A stretch of 64,000 bases of DNA, from the IMG/VR virus record IMGVR_UViG_3300027747_004779, positions 32,001-96,000 of that record; one strand, 5' to 3'. The stretch is from a virus. Below are positions 20,032-28,556 of the stretch, piece after piece. Every line of letters begins with the position of its first letter. The stretch's first letter is position 1. Position numbers and translations under genes: made by a program. A model generated the notes under the pieces. That model saw only the letters and a program-made list of their open reading frames with translations. It did no database searches and was not told the origin of the DNA.

Positions 20032-20511
20032 TTAATTAAAGAAGAATCCTGAATTACTTAATGTACCAACAAGCTTAAAACTACTACTTGTGTCAATAGT
20101 AATCATTGTTATTATAAGTGTAATAATGTACTGTTGGTTCACTTCATCAGATTGCACGTTTATTGTTTTGACGCGTACACGAGGTTCAAATTTGTTAATA
20201 CCGTCTAAAATTTCATTACCAATACTATACCCCACGGCTTCGCTTATAGGGTTAAATAGGTATCTTTGTAGATTCAACCCAAACGTTGGGTTTAAGATAC
20301 GTTGACCGGGTACTGTATTAAAGAGATTAAAAATAGAATTTCTAACTGCGGCATAATCGTAGTCGATCTTAAGATCTCTTATTTCTTTTCTCTTAAGAAA
20401 TTCATTGTTTCTTGTATAATCAAACTGTAGGTCGAGCTCTAAATCCGTATATGTATATTTACTTGTAGATTTACTTGGTTCTGCAATTGATTCAACTTTA
20501 ATTGTGGCCAC
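20032..20511 (-). CDS. gp25: Baseplate wedge / sheath initiator, T4 gp25-like
   Basis: YTDLEL...AVRNSIFNLFNTVPGQRILNPTFG..L...LF...I...EPRV. Confidence 0.9.
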   Translation of the reverse strand: MATIKVESIAEPSKSTSKYTYTDLELDLQFDYTRNNEFLKRKEIRDLKIDYDYAAVRNSIFNLFNTVPGQRILNPTFGLNLQRYLFNPISEAVGYSIGNEILDGINKFEPRVRVKTINVQSDEVNQQYIITLIITMITIDTSSSFKLVGTLSNSGFFFN

Positions 20512-20516
20512 ATACT

Positions 20517-20524
20517 TATTTATA
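20517..20524 (-). promoter_or_regulatory. T4-type late promoter TATAAATA, 5 nt upstream of the gp25 start
   Basis: Exact T4 late consensus; the gp55 late sigma factor is encoded in this window. Confidence 0.75.
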
Positions 20525-20580
20525 GTACATTTATTCTTTTAAAAACAGTTTTTATTAAGTATAAAGCATAAATAATTTAA

Positions 20581-21189
20581 ATGAATAGGAACTTTGTCAA
20601 ATTATATGAGTCCGCTATTAGCAGATATACAAGAGGTGGTTTTCTCGCAGGCGATGTAGTTAAATTCAATGAAGGTGCGTTTAATGACGTGTGGTATAAG
20701 AATTTAGGTGAAAATACAAAGGAAAAAATACAAAACATGGTAAAGAGTGGGTTAAATCTACGTGTTTCAAATGTTAAGAATACACTTCCTGCTGTTATGG
20801 GTGCAGGTAATATCGATGACATGACAATCGACACTAATCTCGATATTACCTCTGAAATAGCCCCAGGGAGATATATGGATTTTGTTACTATACCTGCTCG
20901 CCTAGTTTCACCTGTCGGTTCATACCCAAATCTACCTGAAGTACCAGAAGTCTTTAAGAAAGACGATCCAGGCAAACGTGCGCATATTAAGGCTAAGGTA
21001 GTTAAAGATGAACAAGAGGAAGTTCCTTTTTATACTCCTCAAGGAACTAGATTGTCTGATGTAGGTAATAAAAAGCTAACAACAGGTGATCGCGTTCTCA
21101 AGAATCAAAATACAGTTATTCCATCTTCACCGGCTGAAGGTCATAAAGACCCCGCCTCATATACATACAACTATCTACCTAAGCGCTAA
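20581..21189 (+). CDS. Hypothetical late protein (candidate capsid-internal protein)
   Basis: 202 aa; TAAATA at 20569-20574; N-terminus MNRNFVKLYES. Confidence 0.6.
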   Translation: MNRNFVKLYESAISRYTRGGFLAGDVVKFNEGAFNDVWYKNLGENTKEKIQNMVKSGLNLRVSNVKNTLPAVMGAGNIDDMTIDTNLDITSEIAPGRYMDFVTIPARLVSPVGSYPNLPEVPEVFKKDDPGKRAHIKAKVVKDEQEEVPFYTPQGTRLSDVGNKKLTTGDRVLKNQNTVIPSSPAEGHKDPASYTYNYLPKR

Positions 21190-22117
21190 GTTTAAGTTCA
21201 GATAACGCGATTAAACACGTATAACAGTTAATCTCTTGGTCTATAACAAAAGAACTCCTATAGATATACTCTGAAATAGTAAGAAGATAATGCTTTTTAG
21301 TATTAATATTAGTTTCAATACTGTCAATATAGTTGAAAAGATTTCTCATTAAAGAAACGTAGTCGTTATTAAACTGACTCTCATTTTCTATAAGAGCTTT
21401 TCTGAGTGAAGTAACATTTTTGTTTTTTATTTCATTAAAAATGAGCTTTAAGACTTCATCATTCTTGAAGTTACTAAGCTTTAGTGCACCTGCGCTTGAA
21501 TATTTTTGTAATTCGTTAAGACATTTACGAAGATCAGGATAAAAAGAATGAATAAATTCAAGTAGCAGTGCTTTCTGCTCGTCATTTACTTCTATTTTTT
21601 CTGTTTTAAGTATATTAACACATCTTTTTGTAAAGCTAGGTTGAGGCGGTGTAAGATCAAAGCTCTGACATCTGCTTTGCAATGCTGGAATAACCCGATA
21701 TTTGTGATTAGCTGTAAGTATAAAGCGAGTGATTTTCGAGAACTCTTCCATTGTATTGCGTAGTGCACGTTGAGCGTCCATAGTTAACCCGTCAGTCTCG
21801 TCAAGAATAATAACTTTTATCTTACCATCAATACTTTTCGTTTGTGCAAAGTTAGTTACTTTACTACGAATTGTATCAATTCCATTTTCATCACTAGCAT
21901 TAATATACAAATACTGACATTCTAGTAGGTCATTAACAATAATCTTAGCTAAAGATGTTTTACCTATACCGGGGCTACCGGTGAACAGTAAATTGGGTAT
22001 CTCATTTTTACCCTTGAAGGAACTTATAAGCGATTTATTTTCGTCTGATATAATAAAATCATCGAACTTAGCAGGACGATACTTTTCAACCCAAAGATTA
22101 GAAAAATCGTAGTTCAT
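21179..22117 (-). CDS. gp44: Clamp loader AAA+ subunit (gp44 / RFC small subunit-like)
   Basis: LWVEKYRP, GSPGIGKTS (Walker A), INASDENGID, ILDETD, LQSRC. Confidence 0.92.
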   Translation of the reverse strand: MNYDFSNLWVEKYRPAKFDDFIISDENKSLISSFKGKNEIPNLLFTGSPGIGKTSLAKIIVNDLLECQYLYINASDENGIDTIRSKVTNFAQTKSIDGKIKVIILDETDGLTMDAQRALRNTMEEFSKITRFILTANHKYRVIPALQSRCQSFDLTPPQPSFTKRCVNILKTEKIEVNDEQKALLLEFIHSFYPDLRKCLNELQKYSSAGALKLSNFKNDEVLKLIFNEIKNKNVTSLRKALIENESQFNNDYVSLMRNLFNYIDSIETNINTKKHYLLTISEYIYRSSFVIDQEINCYTCLIALSELKLSA

Positions 22118-22584
22118 TATTTACCAGATGACCCGAATCCTTTATCACCACGAGCACTTTCTTCAACTGTTCCCCACTCAATAGGCATAGAAAAATTCAT
22201 ATACACAGCAAACTGTGCAATTCTATCACCGGTCTTAACCTGATAATCTGTATCCGTAAGGTTATAAAGCTTTATACCTGCATCCCCTCGATAACCGCAA
22301 TCAATAATACCTGGATGCGCCATAATACCGTGCTTAAACCCGAGACCGCTGCGAGATTCAACTTTAACCCAATAGCCTTCAGGTATAGATGCGAATTTTA
22401 AGCCGACACTAACGACGTCGCTACTTCTAGCCGGTATTATCTTGTCTTCAATAGAATAAACATCATAGCCTGTATCAGACTCATGGTTTTTACTAGGTAA
22501 TTTAGCCAATTCATGTGTTTTCTCAAACTTTAAAACAGGGAGGAACTGTAAATTCGGATCAGACTGAGGGCTTATATTATACAT
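22117..22584 (-). CDS. dut: dUTPase (trimeric); start revised to ATG 22584
   Basis: GYDVYS, SRSGL, GIIDCGYRG, GDRIAQF, RGDKGFGSSG motifs. TATAAT lies 6 nt upstream of ATG 22584. Confidence 0.95.
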   Translation of the reverse strand: MYNISPQSDPNLQFLPVLKFEKTHELAKLPSKNHESDTGYDVYSIEDKIIPARSSDVVSVGLKFASIPEGYWVKVESRSGLGFKHGIMAHPGIIDCGYRGDAGIKLYNLTDTDYQVKTGDRIAQFAVYMNFSMPIEWGTVEESARGDKGFGSSGK

Positions 22585-22635
22585 ACCTCTATTATAATAT
22601 ACCTTTATAAAAATCAATACGTATTAAATATTATT

Positions 22636-23115
22636 ATGAGTGAAGAACTTAATGAAATGGTAGGAGATCTATTAACCCAGCTATCAGACGCGAATAAACA
22701 AGCTGAAAAAGCTAAAAAAACTAGTGATCCGTTGACTAAAGAAAACATGGAAAAATTTGTTATTGAAAAGGCTGGTAGACTAGTAGAAGAAAGTCTTGAT
22801 GTTATGACAAATGTAAAGGATTACATATCTTCAGCTCCGGAGAGCAAGGATGTTGGTTCATTGTCTGAACTAATAGCTGCTACTGCTACAGCAATAGAGA
22901 CTTTAAACAAAATTATAGTGACAGACAAGCGTAATGATACAGTTATTAAAGCTAAAGAAATGGATATTGCATCGAGAAAAGAGCTTAAGACAGCTGACAA
23001 TACAAATAAACTCATGATAACACGAGAACAGGTCTTTAAGATGTTAATCGACAGCGCTAACAACAGTGCTAAAATTATAGATGCAGAAATTGTAGAAGAT
23101 AAAAAAATATCTTAA
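22636..23115 (+). CDS. Probable terminase small subunit (gp16-like)
   Basis: 159 aa, helical; its LVEESLDVM...SELIAATATAIETLNKI...ITREQVFKML pattern resembles gp16; late promoter TAAATA at 22625-22630. Confidence 0.55.
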   Translation: MSEELNEMVGDLLTQLSDANKQAEKAKKTSDPLTKENMEKFVIEKAGRLVEESLDVMTNVKDYISSAPESKDVGSLSELIAATATAIETLNKIIVTDKRNDTVIKAKEMDIASRKELKTADNTNKLMITREQVFKMLIDSANNSAKIIDAEIVEDKKIS

Positions 23116-25205
23116 CTGTAATCGTCTTTATTATCACATTCAAAGAACGTTGTATAAAAGCTACTCCACAGTTGCTTAAAGTCAGGTACAAGCCCTTTAA
23201 GAGCTTTCTTAAAGTCATCTATCTTCGGCATCTTAGGCACTAAGCTGTTAAGTGCGCTTTGGAAATCTTTAGTAATATTAATATTTGTTAAGCTATTAAA
23301 ATTAATTTTTCCTATTATAGGGAGTTTAAAGTCGCATATAATACCTTTAAGCTGCTGAGCTGTTCCTAATATAGACCCAGCATTGAGATTACTGAAGCTT
23401 GTATTAGAAAGTAAGGAATATATTTGTGGAAATGACCCTGGGTCAACAGAAGGTAGTACATTAGGCATATTAGAGAGAGGTGATTGTATTATGGATTGTA
23501 AATTACCTAATGAAGATGTGAGACCTCCAGTAGCGCCTCCTGCAAGGCCTTGCAGATTATAAATAGGAGCAAGAAGCGTTTCTGTAAATGGTAAGTTGCC
23601 TATACCAGTTTGATTAACTTTACTAATTAAATTAGAAATTTGTTGGTTAGGGTATTGTAGTACGTAGTTGGCTGCTGCGAGTTTTGAAGTTGCTTTTTGT
23701 GATAACGATATTGGTGTAGTTAATTTTACAGTTCTAGACTGATATAAAAGAGCCCTATTACTTTCTGCAGTAGTAACACCTCCGTTCTTTTGTCGTGTCT
23801 TACAAGCTAAAGCACCTTTTATAGTTCTAAAATTCATTGAATTAATAACTTTCTTTTTAAGGATATCGACTTGCTGAGGCGTACCTTCTACGTTCATAGT
23901 ATAGTTAATATTTGGCATTGATTGAAGATTATTAGCACTTGTATTAGCAGGATTATATGCCATATTATCATTCATATTGCTAAAATAATTAAGATACTCA
24001 AATCTATCTTGACCAAACTTGCTAGCTAGACAATTAAGTGAGGGTGCTTGCGCTTTAAAAGAATTTTGATATGATGGAATATCGGTTACCAAATTTAAAC
24101 CGTGTGGCTGCGTGGAGTCGGTCGCTATATTGTATGTATCGTTTACTTTTTGAACATTAACTTGATTTGTTTTCATTAGTTGTGCGTTATTAAAGCTTAA
24201 ATCTTCTGATAATTCGAGCGTTCCTGTGGGTAGCTTGTTTTGTACCGATGTGGGTAGTGTTTGCGGTGGCCCGTAGTCAAGATTAACGTCGAATACCGGT
24301 GATACATATTCACTAAATTGCGATAATGTATTGGTTAAATAGCCAACACTATCACTAGGTTCAGCTAACAATGAATTTTCATCTATTTTAACCTGGGCTT
24401 TAACATCATCAGGTTGAGCTTGTAGTTTTTTATACCAAAAAAACACAAAATCGTTGTTTAAGCCTTGTAATGCGGAGTTTAATCCATTAAAAAACTTAGC
24501 TAAATTATTAATTGGGTCATTACTCTTTTTGGCATTCCAGTATTGTGTAGATAGATCTAGCTGTTTTTGTAAATTATTAGCTGATGACGCGCTGGCTGCT
24601 AGTGTTGGCGGATCATATGTATAAGTGTCTGTCGGAACCCATCCTGTTCTTAGCGGACCCCAATAAGCTGACATACCTAAATTTTTACCATTACTGTATC
24701 CTGCTATAGATCCATCTCGCCCTACTAGCGATTCAGCAATTCGAACCGCTGCATCAGCATTAGTATACGGGTCTTGTAATTGTGCTTGTGTAAATGGTGT
24801 ACTTTGAAGCTTATAGTTCAACGCATCGTTTGGAGATAATTGAAATAAACCATTTGAATTGCCGGGAAACCTGCCAACATCGCCCACCGTGTTGTTGTTA
24901 AAAGAAGATTCTTTGCCCGCTAAATTAGTAAAAAAGTTTGCCCAGGATTGCGGTGTACCATCAATACCGTATTTTGCACCGTCTGACGGAACATATCCAT
25001 TTAGACTTGAAGCTTGTAGTCTTTGTACCATATAATTATTAAGACTATTAGGGCTAACCTTACTTCCTGTCTGTTGAATAGGTTGAACTGAGACGGGTGC
25101 ACCAAGAACATTCATAAAAGTAGTATCTCTGTAAATAATATCAGTAGAGTTAGCTACATTCGTACTAAGAAGTTCGGGATATATTGTGCTTGTCTTTGTT
25201 TTCAT
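23112..25205 (-). CDS. Virion/baseplate protein with a lytic transglycosylase (SLT-like) domain
   Basis: LAGKESSFNNNTVG...SNGLFQLS...LQDPYTNADAAVRI (catalytic ES and GLFQ motifs); located next to the hub gene. Confidence 0.7.
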   Translation of the reverse strand: MKTKTSTIYPELLSTNVANSTDIIYRDTTFMNVLGAPVSVQPIQQTGSKVSPNSLNNYMVQRLQASSLNGYVPSDGAKYGIDGTPQSWANFFTNLAGKESSFNNNTVGDVGRFPGNSNGLFQLSPNDALNYKLQSTPFTQAQLQDPYTNADAAVRIAESLVGRDGSIAGYSNGKNLGMSAYWGPLRTGWVPTDTYTYDPPTLAASASSANNLQKQLDLSTQYWNAKKSNDPINNLAKFFNGLNSALQGLNNDFVFFWYKKLQAQPDDVKAQVKIDENSLLAEPSDSVGYLTNTLSQFSEYVSPVFDVNLDYGPPQTLPTSVQNKLPTGTLELSEDLSFNNAQLMKTNQVNVQKVNDTYNIATDSTQPHGLNLVTDIPSYQNSFKAQAPSLNCLASKFGQDRFEYLNYFSNMNDNMAYNPANTSANNLQSMPNINYTMNVEGTPQQVDILKKKVINSMNFRTIKGALACKTRQKNGGVTTAESNRALLYQSRTVKLTTPISLSQKATSKLAAANYVLQYPNQQISNLISKVNQTGIGNLPFTETLLAPIYNLQGLAGGATGGLTSSLGNLQSIIQSPLSNMPNVLPSVDPGSFPQIYSLLSNTSFSNLNAGSILGTAQQLKGIICDFKLPIIGKINFNSLTNINITKDFQSALNSLVPKMPKIDDFKKALKGLVPDFKQLWSSFYTTFFECDNKDDYS

Positions 25206-25207
25206 CT

Positions 25208-26797
25208 TTATTTACTATTTAGATTCAAAAATAAATTATCATAGCTATACGTTTTAACACATCTTAATTCATTAAAATAATCGCTTCCTGTAAAATTATG
25301 TTTTACTTCAACAACAAAATAAATACCTAGTATTTTATTATCAAAATCACTGTAAGGATAAGCACCATCACGGGTTACGCCTATAAACCTACCGGCTTGC
25401 CTATGTGTTGAACCAGGCACTGTAAATGAAATTGTATTGTTCATAAATATAGTATTGAATAAGCATTTATTACGGCCAGAGCCTAGTCTCTGATCTGCAT
25501 TAGACTCGTCTTCTTGTTCTATAATAGTAGATACATTGCGTATATTTTTTTGTGTTTGTCTGTATTCACCAGGAAAATAATTTCTATAAGCTTTATCAAA
25601 GCTAAATTTTTGAAAAGGTAGTACATAGCTTGTATCATAAACGCTTAATGCGCTATTAATTGTATTTCTCTGTTCATCAATCTGAAAACATTTTTCGTCA
25701 CTGTTATAACTATGTACATTTATCGATACGAGATCTTGCTGTGTATATATACCAGGCATTGGATCGTATGTAAAATTGTTTAGAATGCCGTATTTATCAA
25801 GCATAAGCCCGTCTGGGGGTACATAATCTGCCTTTTCTAGTATAAAGTTAGTTGCTGATTCGTCTGAGTATGATCCAAGCTTAAAAGTTTCAAGATATAA
25901 TTCACCGGCTGTACTACTTGTGCTCTGTGCTGCCCCGTTTAAAGCGCGTTTAAAGTATTCTGTTAAACTTAAAAATGTAAATTTGTTATTATCACGCTCT
26001 AATCTCAAAAAAGACATATCGTAGTTATTTTCGGATGAAGAAACGTGCCGAGAAATTAAATATTTTAAGCAATCTATACCTTTAAATCGCGCTGGTGCAG
26101 AAAAAAATGTATTTGTAACACCTCGGTCAAAGTTTGATTCATCTATGGTAATTGGCCATCCATCATCCTCTTTAAAAAAGTCTTTTAAAAATGCAAGAAC
26201 AGCTTCGCCGGTATAAATTCCTCGTGTTGCATTTGAACTATTAATAATATCCTTATTGTTTACATAGTTTGCTGTAGAAAAATATGAATTTTTTTCACGT
26301 AGTAATTCATTATGCATATCCCAAAAATAAAGCTTTTTAAATTTTTCTCCCGGGTTTGTTCCTAATATTTCCTCCGTATTATAAACAGCAAAATTAAAGC
26401 GAAGACGGAAAGCTTTTTCAGCATCTGCGTTAGTTGAAAATGCAAAATTATCTTCATCAAGCTTAGGCATAATATCAATAACTAAAATATCACGACTATC
26501 CCCCTTAAATATAAAGCCTTTATCGTTAGAAAGTGTTGTTGCACCGGGTGTAGCACTTTCAGCATTTCTAAAATCTGCTATTCTCTCAACAGCATCAAAC
26601 GTGTTGTTTATAATTATATATCCTTTGTGATAAAAGTCTTGAAAATCATCATCTAGTACAAATTTATTAATAGCACCAATTTTTAATTCTTGATAGCGTC
26701 CATCAGTTGTATAAAGCCCTATGTTAAATCTATAGGGGTTATTGTTGATAATATTGGCAAAATCTGTACCAGCGCTAGATGGTGTGTAATTATCCAT
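25208..26797 (-). CDS. Putative baseplate hub protein (gp27-like)
   Basis: C-terminal ISFTVPGSTHRQAGRFI...GIYFVVEVKHNF...NELRCVK is typical of hub proteins; gene position agrees. Confidence 0.6.
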   Translation of the reverse strand: MDNYTPSSAGTDFANIINNNPYRFNIGLYTTDGRYQELKIGAINKFVLDDDFQDFYHKGYIIINNTFDAVERIADFRNAESATPGATTLSNDKGFIFKGDSRDILVIDIMPKLDEDNFAFSTNADAEKAFRLRFNFAVYNTEEILGTNPGEKFKKLYFWDMHNELLREKNSYFSTANYVNNKDIINSSNATRGIYTGEAVLAFLKDFFKEDDGWPITIDESNFDRGVTNTFFSAPARFKGIDCLKYLISRHVSSSENNYDMSFLRLERDNNKFTFLSLTEYFKRALNGAAQSTSSTAGELYLETFKLGSYSDESATNFILEKADYVPPDGLMLDKYGILNNFTYDPMPGIYTQQDLVSINVHSYNSDEKCFQIDEQRNTINSALSVYDTSYVLPFQKFSFDKAYRNYFPGEYRQTQKNIRNVSTIIEQEDESNADQRLGSGRNKCLFNTIFMNNTISFTVPGSTHRQAGRFIGVTRDGAYPYSDFDNKILGIYFVVEVKHNFTGSDYFNELRCVKTYSYDNLFLNLNSK

Positions 26798-26798
26798 G

Positions 26799-27161
26799 TT
26801 ATTTTAGTGCAATTTTAATTTCGTTTAATACAGTTGAAACATATTGTGGTTTTATAACCTTTATAAGCGTTCCTTTATCAGGAAATTTCACAGGATTAAA
26901 CACTTTATTAGCAAGACATATTAACCACCATAGTTCTATTGTCTGATATGCATTGTAGCTGACAATCGTCCATGGCATCTTTGTCGTAATCTGTTGATAG
27001 TATATGTAATCTTCATTTATATTATCAGGAAGAAATACAGATTGTAAGAGATTGTAGTAGTACTGACCTGCATCGTTAGTATAAAGTTTAAAGATATTCT
27101 CGTATCTCGTGCTTTTTAAGCCTGGTAGCCCTTTAATGCTGTTTTGAAACGTACCGTCCAT
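26799..27161 (-). CDS. gp53: Baseplate wedge protein, gp53-like (LysM-like)
   Basis: WTIVSYNAYQTIELWWLICLANKVFNP...GTLIKVIKP. Confidence 0.75.
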   Translation of the reverse strand: MDGTFQNSIKGLPGLKSTRYENIFKLYTNDAGQYYYNLLQSVFLPDNINEDYIYYQQITTKMPWTIVSYNAYQTIELWWLICLANKVFNPVKFPDKGTLIKVIKPQYVSTVLNEIKIALK

Positions 27162-27197
27162 AATAATACTTATGCTAAAAATGCAATTAGCTTGTTA

Positions 27198-28544
27198 TTA
27201 ACTATTAGGCGAATTTGGTGTCCGAATCGATGTATCTAGCGGATTATTAATAGAAGCATTAACATTTTGTCTCGTAGAATCGACAAACGGATTATTACTA
27301 CTATCTGTGGGAATTCCTGCAGTGTTCGTAGTTACTACCGGTGCTTTATTTAGAACAGAATACATAAAATTCTTAGACTCTGGAATAAGACTTTTTACAG
27401 TGATGTTTATTACATAAGCATCAGGAATAATAGTAGATATTTCATTTCTTGATGTCTGTCCTGTAAACCCTATTACGCGTTGAAAAACGCTATCAATAGC
27501 AGATGTAAGCTGACTTGTAGGATTATTTGCACCGGATTCAACACTAAGACTCTCTGTTGCAGCAAGATTAAATTTTATTTCGCGGCGCGAGCCCTTAAAC
27601 TGCACGGACATTGCTGAAATATAGCAAAATGGAAGAAACTTAACACCAGGAATTTCAACTTGATAGAGAACTGGAGGCTCAACAACAGATTTATTCTTAC
27701 GTGATGGCTTGTTGTTATACATTAACAAAAATACTAATTCCCAATTTCTTACTACATCATCAAAAGTTGAAGATCCAGTATTAATAAGAGGAAATGAAAA
27801 TGAGAATTCCTCGCCTTCTGTAGGATAGTTATAAAACTTAGCGCGTTCAACAAAAGTGATTTGAGTTGGATTTCTAATAACATTAGTAATCTCAGCAATA
27901 TCGGTTGCCATGTCTGCAGCATCTTTTAATAGACCTAGAAAAGGATTACCACCTGCATCTTGTGAAAAACCGTTACTTTGAGAGTTGTTGTAGTTATCAA
28001 AATACGGTAGATGAAACTCCCACCCTGTAGGCTCTGTTATATAAAGATTTTGATATGGTAAAAGGTATTTATTTTGTGAATATACATCATTATTATCCTG
28101 CAAAAATGATGCTTGTCCAAGAAGATCCTTTGTATATTGAGATGCAGACTGTACTGCCCCACCGGTTCTACCTGTGTTTAAAAAATTTGTAATAGGGTTC
28201 TTAATACCGTCAGGAAGGCTTTCAAAAGCAGCGGTAATATTACTTTTAGCTATACCAAATGAATATTTTAACTGTGAAATAAGAGCGTTTGCTTTTAAGC
28301 GCTTCTCTTTTAAAATAATTCTCGGTGTTTCAGCTCGTGAATCCCTTAATTTAGAATATGTCCAGTAAAAATTATTAACAACATCTACAATTCCACCGCC
28401 GCCGTTACTACTACCACCGAGAATCCCGGCTCCACCTGCAGAAGCGTTAGGTGCAACGAGTTTAGGCGGCTCTACATCAATAGAACTATTTCGTACAGTA
28501 TTGCCAAAATCTCTAGCTTGAGAAATAGAAAATACGTGATTCAT
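27198..28544 (-). CDS. Baseplate tail-tube cap, gp48-like
   Basis: Tube-fold features: FHLPY, FSFSFPL, PP.LYQV.IPG..FLPFCYISAMSVQF; position between gp53 and the tape measure. Confidence 0.55.
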   Translation of the reverse strand: MNHVFSISQARDFGNTVRNSSIDVEPPKLVAPNASAGGAGILGGSSNGGGGIVDVVNNFYWTYSKLRDSRAETPRIILKEKRLKANALISQLKYSFGIAKSNITAAFESLPDGIKNPITNFLNTGRTGGAVQSASQYTKDLLGQASFLQDNNDVYSQNKYLLPYQNLYITEPTGWEFHLPYFDNYNNSQSNGFSQDAGGNPFLGLLKDAADMATDIAEITNVIRNPTQITFVERAKFYNYPTEGEEFSFSFPLINTGSSTFDDVVRNWELVFLLMYNNKPSRKNKSVVEPPVLYQVEIPGVKFLPFCYISAMSVQFKGSRREIKFNLAATESLSVESGANNPTSQLTSAIDSVFQRVIGFTGQTSRNEISTIIPDAYVINITVKSLIPESKNFMYSVLNKAPVVTTNTAGIPTDSSNNPFVDSTRQNVNASINNPLDTSIRTPNSPNS

Positions 28545-28556
28545 AAGAATACTTAA

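Noticed and set aside
20577-20975. 132-aa - strand ORF
   Set aside because: Fully antisense to 20581..21189, which has the late promoter and typical codon usage.
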